Virus record (IMG/VR): IMGVR_UViG_3300033120_000337
Coordinates: 8,448 to 72,447 of that record
DNA: 64,000 nt
DNA from: a virus
Lineage: Duplodnaviria > Caudoviricetes
Reading direction: 5' to 3' (one strand)
Each line of letters opens with the position of its first letter. Positions within the stretch are counted from its first letter, which is position 1. A program made the translations under genes and the position numbers. Positions 26,290-33,520 of the stretch are shown piece by piece. The notes below the pieces were generated by a model. It was not told where the DNA came from. It saw nothing but the letters and a program-made list of their open reading frames with translations, and did no database searches.

Positions 26290-26444
26290 ACTCGTCCCCG
26301 TGCTGCCAGGGGGAGATCGAGAGATAGGGACCCCTGGACTTGTCCAGGCTAGGAACCCTACTGGCACAATAGATTTTCGGGTCGGCACGGTTGCGGTGGG
26401 TCGCTCCCACCTCGGGTTCAACTCCCATACGGTCCACTCATTTT

Positions 26445-26516
26445 GCGGGTGTAGGTCAGTGGTAGACCATCAGCTTCCCATGCTGAATGTCGTGGGTTCG
26501 ACTCCCATCACCCGCT
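26445..26516 (+). tRNA. tRNA-Gly(CCC)
   Basis: Canonical; loop TTCCCAT. Confidence 0.92.
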
Positions 26517-26518
26517 CT

Positions 26519-26585
26519 GGGCTGAATACTCGCCGGGAGTACATCCTTGCACGGTGAAACCTCTCTCGGTATTTCTTGTCAGTCC
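26519..26585 (+). ncRNA. Y-RNA-like RNA 5 (minimal)
   Basis: GGGCTGA/TCAGTCC stem, ATAC, CCGGGAG/CTCTCGG stem, TACA, TATT-TCTTG on the 3' strand. Confidence 0.7.
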
Positions 26586-26591
26586 TCTAAT

Positions 26592-26662
26592 GACGCTGTC
26601 CTTCTGGTGAAGGCATCTGACTGCAAATCAGGTTGAGGGACGTTCAACTCGTCTCGGCGTCT
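26592..26662 (+). tRNA. tRNA-Cys(GCA)
   Basis: GACGCTG/CGGCGTC acceptor; loop CTGCAAA; U73. Confidence 0.8.
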
Positions 26663-26678
26663 TGACGGTAAGGTGACA

Positions 26679-26705
26679 TGGATGCGCTGATCCAAACCCT
26701 CAGCG
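26679..26705 (+). promoter_or_regulatory. repeated pseudoknot motif, copy 2
   Basis: TGGAT-G-CGCTG-ATCCA-AACCCT-CAGCG, enclosed by TGACGGTA (26663) / TACCGTCA (26738). Confidence 0.7.
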
Positions 26706-26744
26706 ACCCACAGGGGATTGGATGTAAGTCTACCGTCAGTTTTT

Positions 26745-26816
26745 GTCCTTGTAGCTCAGTGGAAGAGCAGGAGCCTTCTAAGCTCTTGGTCAGGGGTTCA
26801 ACTCCCTTCAGGGACG
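26745..26816 (+). tRNA. tRNA-Arg(TCT)
   Basis: Canonical; loop CTTCTAA. Confidence 0.95.
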
Positions 26817-26826
26817 TGTTTCTTTA

Positions 26827-26899
26827 GTCCGCATAGTGAAACTGGATATCACGCATCTCTACGAAAGATGTATTCGGGGTTCGAATCCCTGTGTGGACG
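26827..26899 (+). tRNA. tRNA-Arg(ACG)
   Basis: Canonical; loop CTACGAA. Confidence 0.92.
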
Positions 26900-26982
26900 C
26901 TAGTACCTATCATGAATCCTCACCCCTACTTTCGGAAGTCTGAATAAGGGGTCAGGAAGGAAAGCTCGTCTCAAGATAAACT

Positions 26983-27054
26983 GTCCTTGTGTTGAAGTGG
27001 ATATCAAGGAAGCCTCCGAAGCTTTCATCCCAAGTTCGAATCTTGGCAAGGACG
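26983..27054 (+). tRNA. tRNA-Arg(CCG)
   Basis: Canonical; loop CTCCGAA. Confidence 0.92.
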
Positions 27055-27225
27055 TTCCACTGTGTCTCATTCGACGCTCTCGCAGGTGTAGATGAGGAGT
27101 CACACAGAAAGGCGTGGGTCTCTCAGCGGTCCACGGGAAGAAAGCATACAGGGGAAGGCAACTTGCTCTTACTGAGCCCTATCTCAGGAGGGTAATAGCT
27201 AGAACTGGAAGCAAGCTGGGGTTTC

Positions 27226-27294
27226 GCCTCTGTCTTCTTGGAGAAGGTCAACTCTCATAAGGTTGGTGTGACGGTTCGATTCCGTACTGAGGCA
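27226..27294 (+). tRNA. tRNA-Met/Ile2(CAT), short D-arm
   Basis: CAACT-CTCATAA-GGTTG; T-arm with TTCGATT; acceptor GCCTCTG/CTGAGGC. Confidence 0.65.
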
Positions 27295-27492
27295 TTGGAT
27301 GGTCTAAAGGGAAGGAGGCACTTAGCCTGTGTTTCCGGAATCACATGGCTTGTGATTCCCGAACTTAGACCCTCTGAGTCGTACAAAGCCGTTGGAGACA
27401 AACCAACAATGGAGCGGTAGAAGTCCGCGTAAACGGATGTGGAATCCGAACTGGACAGAATGAGGGTGAGAGACCTTCTGAGTACGATTTTT

Positions 27493-27564
27493 GCGCTTGG
27501 ATGCCGTTGGATGGCAGCCGCACTGTCTATGCGGTGAAGCTCGGTTCGATTCCGGTCAGGCGCG
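27493..27564 (+). tRNA. tRNA-Asp(GTC)
   Basis: CCGCA-CTGTCTA-TGCGG; G73. Confidence 0.85.
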
Positions 27565-27722
27565 TTTCCGCTGTGTTCCTGGTAGGTTGCACGTAACAGG
27601 GGTTAACACAGAAAGGCGTGGGTGGATGTGCACCCATAGGGAAAAAGTCCAAGTTCGTGTCGGATGGTGTCTGCGAGTCCTTACGTAGACAGCCAAACAG
27701 CGAGTCTTGGGCACATATCTAA

Positions 27723-27794
27723 CGGAGTGTGGCGAAGTGGTATCGCGCTTGGTTCGGGACCGAGAGATCGCAGGTTCAATCCCTGTCACTCCGA
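27723..27794 (+). tRNA. tRNA-Pro(CGG)
   Basis: Canonical; loop TTCGGGA. Confidence 0.95.
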
Positions 27795-27849
27795 AATCCT
27801 CATGAGATGGGGAAAAGACCATAGGGTCTTCGTTAATGAGATAGGAAAA

Positions 27850-27876
27850 CGGATGCGCTGTTCCAACCCATCAGCG
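27850..27876 (+). promoter_or_regulatory. repeated pseudoknot motif, copy 3 (stem 1 degenerate)
   Basis: CGGAT-G-CGCTG-TTCCA-ACCCAT-CAGCG. Confidence 0.55.
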
Positions 27877-27900
27877 ACCTGAGATGAAGAAGAGAAGAAT

Positions 27901-27972
27901 GCACGGGTAGCTCAGCGGTAGAGCGGTTGTCCTACACACAACGGGTCAGGGGTTCGACTCCCTTTTCGTGCA
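27901..27972 (+). tRNA. tRNA-Val(TAC)
   Basis: GTTGT-CCTACAC-ACAAC (C33). Confidence 0.88.
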
Positions 27973-28130
27973 AAACAAAAACCCACCTAGGTAGCAAGGA
28001 TTCAGTTCCTTGCATAACGTTCAGGGAGGTGGGGAGAGCGGATAGAGTGAACGTACTCCGCTTACAAATACCGGACAAGGAAGAGCATAGAGAGGTTTCC
28101 TCAATACACCTCTTCCTTGATCTTGGACAA

Positions 28131-28210
28131 GCCCGAGTGGTGAAATTGGCATACACACCGTCCTCAGAAGGCGGCGCGAAAGCGTGTGGGTTCGACTCCC
28201 GCCTCGGGCA
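28131..28210 (+). tRNA. tRNA-Leu(CAG)
   Basis: Class II cloverleaf; loop CTCAGAA. Confidence 0.92.
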
Positions 28211-28227
28211 CTGTTTCTGTTTGTAAT

Positions 28228-28311
28228 GAGGATGTGGCGGAATTGGTATACGCGCCAGACTAAGAATCTGGTGGTCTTAGAATCGTGTGGGTTCGACTCC
28301 CACCATCCTCA
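28228..28311 (+). tRNA. tRNA-Leu(AAG)
   Basis: CCAGA-CTAAGAA-TCTGG; Leu-type D-arm and variable arm; A34. Confidence 0.88.
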
Positions 28312-28396
28312 TGGGTTAGGCAACTTCGTGCAGACAAAATGTCACTGATCATGACGTCGTTGTCGGTCGTTGCCCAACTCAGTTTCTCAGTTCTAT

Positions 28397-28471
28397 GAGG
28401 GGATAGCCCAACGGCAGAGGCAGGGTCTTTAAGATTCCCCAAGGTGGTGGGTTCGAATCCCCCTCTCCTTA
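28397..28471 (+). tRNA. tRNA-Leu(TAA)
   Basis: Positional count gives loop TTTAAGA; weak anticodon stem; short variable arm. Confidence 0.7.
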
Positions 28472-28476
28472 GTTTT

Positions 28477-28557
28477 GCGAAGGTGGCGGAATGGCATACG
28501 CGCTGGGTTTAGGTTCCAGTATCTTCGGGTGTGAGGGTTCGAGTCCCTCTCTTCGCA
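28477..28557 (+). tRNA. tRNA-Leu(TAG)
   Basis: Class II; loop TTTAGGT. Confidence 0.92.
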
Positions 28558-28577
28558 TTGGTTTTTGAGTCTCAAAC

Positions 28578-28657
28578 GCGGGAATGGCGGAATTGGCATA
28601 CGCATCGGCTTCAAAACCCGACGAGAAATCTTGAGGGTTCGACTCCCTCTTCCCGCA
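28578..28657 (+). tRNA. tRNA-Leu(CAA)
   Basis: Class II; loop TTCAAAA. Confidence 0.88.
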
Positions 28658-28685
28658 CAACAACAAACAGAAAGGTAGGTAGACC

Positions 28686-29213
28686 GTGCAAATGACTCTT
28701 GTATTGGATCAAGGCTACCAGCCTCATCGGGTAGTCACATGGCAGCGAGCTGTGATGCTGTGGTGGGAGGGTAAGTGTGAGGTCGTTGAAGAGTACGACA
28801 ACGACATTCGAAGTGTGTCCATCACAATCAAGATGCCTGCTGTTGTTCGACTCTTGCACAGAGTGCGGGGGAAGAAGCAGGCTGTGAAGTTCTCTCGGAT
28901 CAACGTTGCGACTCGTGACAACTTCACCTGTCAATACTGCGTCAAGAAGCTCCCTCTCTCGAAGCTTACGTACGACCACGTTGTACCTAAGTCCAAGGGT
29001 GGAAAGACTTGCTGGGAGAACATCGTGATGGCTTGTCACCCCTGTAACGAGGGGAAGAGAGATCGCTCACCCGAGCAAGCAGGTCTGAAGCTGCGTAAGC
29101 AGCCAGTCAAACCAGCTTACTTGCCAGTAGTGACCATGAGATTTGAGATGACCAACATCCCTGATGCTTGGGTATCCTACGTCTACTGGAACTCTCCTCT
29201 CGAAGAGGGCTAG
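28686..29213 (+). CDS. HNH endonuclease (McrA-like family)
   Basis: TLVLDQGYQP, PAVVRL, RDNFTCQYC, TYDHVVPKSKGG and WENIVMACHPCNEGK; SD AAAGG. Confidence 0.9.
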   Translation: MQMTLVLDQGYQPHRVVTWQRAVMLWWEGKCEVVEEYDNDIRSVSITIKMPAVVRLLHRVRGKKQAVKFSRINVATRDNFTCQYCVKKLPLSKLTYDHVVPKSKGGKTCWENIVMACHPCNEGKRDRSPEQAGLKLRKQPVKPAYLPVVTMRFEMTNIPDAWVSYVYWNSPLEEG

Positions 29214-29699
29214 TTTTGATTTCGATGTGGTTTCTCTGAATCCGGTCTCTAACGAATGGCTGAAGACACTCTCTGGTCACGGGGGGTAAGGCAGCAATCT
29301 GGAGAACGGTTGTATCGTCGCTGTGAAGGAAAGTACGGGGCAGGAGATTTCGAGCTACTAGGCCTGGCATTAGGTTCTCCAGGTTCGAGATCTCTCTGGC
29401 AGGCGCTAAGAATACAATCCAGTGCTGCTCGCCTTGAGGGTAAAAGCCCTTCGAGTTGTTGAAGCCGACCGGCCAGTCGGTTGAGACTCGTGTCCGAATA
29501 ACTAACTTTCACGGTTACGTCCTGGGGTGGAATCTCAGGTCGATAGAGGACGGGTTCAGGGAAACCACAAAGATTTCCGGACGACTTTTCGGAGTCGGCA
29601 AATGCATGGGCGGGACGGCGTCCATGGGAATACAACGATTGTCAGGTGACTGGCAGTCAGACCCGTCCTCTTTTCTTTACAGTGTCTCAACTGTGAAAA

Positions 29700-29727
29700 T
29701 GGCTGTGCTGAGCCAACCCAATCAGTG
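29700..29727 (+). promoter_or_regulatory. repeated pseudoknot motif, copy 4 (compensatory TGGCT/AGCCA)
   Basis: TGGCT-G-TGCTG-AGCCA-ACCCAAT-CAGTG. Confidence 0.7.
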
Positions 29728-29746
29728 ACTACCTGTCCGTTGATCT

Positions 29747-29833
29747 GGAAGTTGAATCTGTCAGGGACAGAGCCTGTTTCGAACACAGTGCGCTCTTCGT
29801 AAGAAGAGTGGGGATCAAGACCTCCGATTTCCG
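29747..29833 (+). tRNA. tRNA-Ser(CGA)
   Basis: Loop TTCGAAC; long variable arm; T-loop ATCAAGA. Confidence 0.8.
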
Positions 29834-29842
29834 TGTCTGATT

Positions 29843-29927
29843 GGAAGCTGAAATGGCCAGGGGTCATTACTGCTTGGAAAGCAGCTAGCACCTGAAAGGG
29901 TGTGGAGTTCGAGTCTTCCGGCTTCCG
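29843..29927 (+). tRNA. tRNA-Ser(GGA)
   Basis: Loop TTGGAAA; long variable arm. Confidence 0.85.
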
Positions 29928-29932
29928 TGAAA

Positions 29933-29959
29933 TGGATGCGTTGATCCAACCCATCAGCG
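29933..29959 (+). promoter_or_regulatory. repeated pseudoknot motif, copy 5
   Basis: TGGAT-G-CGTTG-ATCCA-ACCCAT-CAGCG. Confidence 0.7.
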
Positions 29960-29998
29960 ACAAGTCGCGGTTCTAGGCCTGATCAGCAATGTGATAAT

Positions 29999-30085
29999 GG
30001 AGGGTAATCTCGGCCGGGCCGAGCACTGCCTTGAAAACAGAGGGCTCCTTGAAAGAGGGGTGGAGTTCGACTCTTCTGCTCTCCA
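29999..30085 (+). tRNA. tRNA-Ser(TGA)
   Basis: Loop CTTGAAA; long variable arm. Confidence 0.82.
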
Positions 30086-30088
30086 TTT

Positions 30089-30173
30089 GGAAGGTGAACT
30101 GGCCAGGGGTCAGTCCGGTTTGCTAAACCGAGAGTGCTCGCAAGGGCATGGGGATCAGGACCTCCTCCTTCCG
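30089..30173 (+). tRNA. tRNA-Ser(GCT)
   Basis: Loop TTGCTAA; long variable arm; T-loop ATCAGGA. Confidence 0.82.
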
Positions 30174-30184
30174 TTTCCGTTTCT

Positions 30185-30256
30185 GCGGGTGTAGCTCAGT
30201 GGTAGAGCGTTTCGTTGCCAACGAAAATGTCGCGGGTTCAATCCCCGCTACCCGCT
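30185..30256 (+). tRNA. tRNA-Gly(GCC)
   Basis: Canonical; loop TTGCCAA. Confidence 0.95.
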
Positions 30257-30363
30257 TGTGTGAACTCAACACAACCTCCTAGAGGGTGACGTGTTCTCAC
30301 AATTTGTCCTCCAGAAAACTGGAGGAAGGAATTCCTGTTCAGGAAAACATCGGGGTAGATACT

Positions 30364-31995
30364 GTGGCAAACAAGAATCTCTTTCAATCCGCTCCAGCGG
30401 GTCGCGTCGCGCCGATTGCCGACACAGTCAACGCAGCTGGTGGTTTGGCGTACAAGGCTTCTCAGAAGGAAGCTCTTGCTCAGTACGTGGCTACTGGTTG
30501 TCTGGGTTCAACGTTCTACTCGACAGATGAGGAACAGTTGGACACGATCTTGAAGCTCGCTGCTTCAGTGGATCCTGAGTTCGTTGCGAAGGCAGCGATC
30601 TACGGACACAAGTCAGCCTTCATGAAGGACGCTCCGGCCCTCCTTCTGGCTCACCTCATGACACGTGGAGAGCCTGGTATCGCAGCCATGAAGTCTGCTT
30701 TCTTCCAGGTCATCGACAACCCAAAGATGATGCGGACTTTCGCTCAGATTGTCCGGTCTGGTCGGGTTGGTCGAAAGTCTTTTGGTACGGCACCAAAGAA
30801 GCTGATTGAGACTTGGTTCCTGAACCGTACAGATGCTCAGTTGATCCGTGCAACAGGTGACAAGCCTTCGATTGCAGACGTGGTCAAGATGGTTCACCCA
30901 AAGCCAGCCACACCTGAGCGGAAGGAAACTTACGCTTGGCTCGTGGACAAGAAGGTCGACCTCGAAAAGGCAGATCCTCTTCTTCAGGAGTACGAGGCTT
31001 GGAAGAAGGACACCACTCGTCCGATTCCTGATGTTCCGTTCCTCATGCTCTCGAATGCGAAACTCACGAAGTCTCAGTGGGTGGAAATCGCACTCTCTGC
31101 TTCTTGGCAGACTTTGCGTATGAACATCAACACGTTCCAACGTCACGGTGTTTTCGAGGACGCAGCCACGGTCAAAAAGCTTGCAGACAAGCTTCGTGAT
31201 GAGGACTCGATTCTTCGGGCTCGGGTATTCCCATACCAACTCCTTGTTGCGTACAAGCACACTGAGGCTGCTCCCATGGAGATCCAGAACGCTCTTCAGG
31301 ATGCGATGGAAATTGCGACCAAGAACGTTCCTTCCTTTGATGGTCTGAAGGTTGCGGTTTTCCCAGACGTGTCTGGGTCTATGGCTTCCCCAGTCACAGG
31401 CACTCGAAAGGGTGCTACTTCGAAGGCTCAGTGCAGAGAGGTCGCTGCCCTCATTGCAGCTACGATCCTTCGTAGGAACCCAGATGCCATTGTTCTTCCC
31501 TTCAAGGAAGACATTGTGAAGCTGAGGTTCAACCCACGCGATTCGATCATGACGATCGCCAAGCAGATTGCGGAATGCGGCTCAGGTGGTACAGACTGCT
31601 CAGCTCCTCTGAGGGCTCTGAACGCAACCAAGGAGAAGGTGGACATCTGCATCTTCGCCTCGGACAATGAGTCTTGGATGGACAGCAAGGTCGTTCAAAA
31701 CTCTTGGTCCTCTGGTTACACATCATCGGCTACCAAGTCGATGATCGAGTGGGAGGCAATCCGTGCTCGGAACCCAAAGGCGAAGTTGGTTTGCATTGAC
31801 CTCGCTCCCAACGGCTCACGTCAGGCTCCTACACGTGAGGACATCCTCAATGTAGGCGGATTCTCGGATGAAGTGTTCACCCTCATGTCTGAGTTCGTAA
31901 AGGGCTCAGGTAGAGATCACTGGGTGAAGAAGATCGAGGCGATCGGTTCAAAGCCTACAGAAACGAAAAACGTTCCTGTAGAGGCTTCACCTTAG
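30364..31995 (+). CDS. rsr: Ro60/Rsr ortholog (TROVE domain + vWA domain)
   Basis: Probable GTG start (ANKNLF..ADTVNAAGG.AY..ALAQYVATGC); FPYQLLVAY; vWA MIDAS DVSGSM; GGTDCSAPL; SDNESW; ILNVGGFSDEVF. Confidence 0.92.
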   Translation: MANKNLFQSAPAGRVAPIADTVNAAGGLAYKASQKEALAQYVATGCLGSTFYSTDEEQLDTILKLAASVDPEFVAKAAIYGHKSAFMKDAPALLLAHLMTRGEPGIAAMKSAFFQVIDNPKMMRTFAQIVRSGRVGRKSFGTAPKKLIETWFLNRTDAQLIRATGDKPSIADVVKMVHPKPATPERKETYAWLVDKKVDLEKADPLLQEYEAWKKDTTRPIPDVPFLMLSNAKLTKSQWVEIALSASWQTLRMNINTFQRHGVFEDAATVKKLADKLRDEDSILRARVFPYQLLVAYKHTEAAPMEIQNALQDAMEIATKNVPSFDGLKVAVFPDVSGSMASPVTGTRKGATSKAQCREVAALIAATILRRNPDAIVLPFKEDIVKLRFNPRDSIMTIAKQIAECGSGGTDCSAPLRALNATKEKVDICIFASDNESWMDSKVVQNSWSSGYTSSATKSMIEWEAIRARNPKAKLVCIDLAPNGSRQAPTREDILNVGGFSDEVFTLMSEFVKGSGRDHWVKKIEAIGSKPTETKNVPVEASP

Positions 31996-32032
31996 ACCTC
32001 TTACCGCCTCGGTAGCATCTCTATGCTCCGCC

Positions 32033-32455
32033 ATGAAGAAGAAAGGATTCTTCATGGCGGAGAGCAAGAGAAAAGGAGACGTAGGAGAGGCTATGGTGTT
32101 GGCCGATGTTTTGAGGCAAGGACACAAGGTCGCTCTCCCTGTGGGTGAGGATTGGAGATACGACTTAATTGTTCTGAGGCATGGGAAGTTGGAAAGAGTT
32201 CAATGTAAGTACGTTGAATCCGATGGCTTGGTGATTGAAGTTCCAGGTCGGAGTTCAAATTCTCATTCAACTCGTCTATACACCTCAGATGAGATTGACT
32301 GCCTCGCAGTTTATGACAAGACAACTGAGTCTTGTTACTACATCCCATCCTCTGAGATAGGGTCTGGTAAGTCCTTGTTTTCCCTTAGGTTAGTTCCTTC
32401 TTCAAATGGTCAGGTTAAGAGAGTACGTTGGGCAAAAGACTACAAGTCTTGGTGA
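32033..32455 (+). CDS. free-standing PD-(D/E)xK endonuclease (PDDEXK_5 / I-Ssp6803I-like)
   Basis: KGDVGEAMV, P.GEDWRYDLIV, RVQCKY, Y..DEIDCLAVYD and CYYIP motifs. Confidence 0.85.
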   Translation: MKKKGFFMAESKRKGDVGEAMVLADVLRQGHKVALPVGEDWRYDLIVLRHGKLERVQCKYVESDGLVIEVPGRSSNSHSTRLYTSDEIDCLAVYDKTTESCYYIPSSEIGSGKSLFSLRLVPSSNGQVKRVRWAKDYKSW

Positions 32456-32460
32456 TTTCT

Positions 32461-32533
32461 GCCTCTATAGCTCAGTTGGAAGAGCACCCTCCTTGTAAGT
32501 GGGATGTCGTCGGTTCGATTCCGACTGGAGGCT
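32461..32533 (+). tRNA. tRNA-Thr(TGT)
   Basis: Canonical; loop CTTGTAA. Confidence 0.92.
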
Positions 32534-32548
32534 TGGTTTCTGTTTCTT

Positions 32549-32621
32549 GGCCCCATCGTCTATTGGTTAGGATTGTGGATTTTCACTCCACAAAACGTGG
32601 GTTCGATTCCCCGTGGGGTCA
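32549..32621 (+). tRNA. tRNA-Glu(TTC)
   Basis: Canonical; loop TTTTCAC. Confidence 0.92.
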
Positions 32622-32635
32622 TTTCATTTCAGCAC

Positions 32636-32706
32636 TCTGGGTTCGTCTAAAGGCAGGACGTCGGACTTTGAATCCGTGAATGGAGGTTCGATTCCTCCAC
32701 CCAGAA
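32636..32706 (+). tRNA. tRNA-Gln(TTG)
   Basis: Canonical; loop CTTTGAA; T1-A72 pair. Confidence 0.9.
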
Positions 32707-32875
32707 TTTTAGGGGGAATTCCATTTCAATTGACTTCCGCATTGCTCTGAGCTAGTAGAGATGTGCGGCATTCATTTTGTTGGATGGGTGTTGTTCTGTA
32801 CCGGCGCATGTAAGTGGATCCAACACCACTACATGCGCCTTTTTTTATTTGGGGTTTCTGGCGCCTCAAAGAGTA

Positions 32876-33520
32876 ATGAACTCCATGATTTCTGGGTCTG
32901 TTGTGCTCTACCATGGGCCTGGTTCTGAGGGTGAAGCTCGAAAGCAGTCACATCTACATGGTCTTGTAGTTCCGTTTGGAACTGGGGAGGCCTTGAAGAA
33001 AGATGATGTCAGAGATTTGGTGTCTCTACTGAACCAAACTCCAGTTGGCTCAAAGCCTTGGGGGGTTGTAGTTGGGCCTCTCGATGAGATCTCTCCTTCT
33101 GTAGCGGATGTCTTGCTGAAGACTGTGGAGGAGTTCAACCCCACGTGCATCCGACCTTTCCTATGGGCTAGAGACCTCGGAGGCGTTCTACCTACGCTTC
33201 GCTCCAGATGTCTTCACGAGTTTGTGTCTGGCGAAGACTCTCGTGTGTCTGTAAGCCGACCACAAGCTGACAAGCTTCTCAAAGCCTACACTCAGAAGAA
33301 CTGGACTGACATTGTCTCTGAGTTGAAGGAATCCAAAGGCGATGAAGAATTTGTGCTGCTAGCTTTGGTGGAGGCTGTGCAGGAGCGTCTTTTGGCGGGT
33401 AGGGACACAAGTGAAATGCTTGTCTTGTGGCGTTCCTTGCGTAGTTTCTTTGAGACTCGTGAAGCACCTTCTACTCCAGCTCGTGTGCTCAACATCTTCT
33501 TGGAGGGCTCGTTCCCATGA
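32876..33520 (+). CDS. clamp-loader delta-prime-like subunit (HolB-like)
   Basis: DVLLKTVEEF and VLPTLRSRC (SRC motif); Walker A degenerate. Confidence 0.65.
   Translation: MNSMISGSVVLYHGPGSEGEARKQSHLHGLVVPFGTGEALKKDDVRDLVSLLNQTPVGSKPWGVVVGPLDEISPSVADVLLKTVEEFNPTCIRPFLWARDLGGVLPTLRSRCLHEFVSGEDSRVSVSRPQADKLLKAYTQKNWTDIVSELKESKGDEEFVLLALVEAVQERLLAGRDTSEMLVLWRSLRSFFETREAPSTPARVLNIFLEGSFP

Noticed and set aside
26910-26966. SRP RNA (TCAGG..GGAA..AGC-like words in a hairpin)
   Set aside because: The conserved helix-8 internal loops and GNRA-capped stem cannot be formed.
27055-27225. Theta (HDV-like) or pistol ribozyme after tRNA-Arg
   Set aside because: CGTGG/CCACG and a possible CTCAG/CTGAG pseudoknot are present, but the conserved catalytic cores are not; kept only as an unassigned motif.
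28397-28657. Suppressor tRNAs (TTA reading at 28397; TCA reading at 28578)
   Set aside because: Counting from the D-stem places the anticodons at TAA and CAA in Leu-type bodies; the suppressor registers give worse stems.
23835-28666. Short six-frame ORFs over the tRNA island
   Set aside because: They overlap tRNA, tmRNA and Y-like genes and have no coding signatures.
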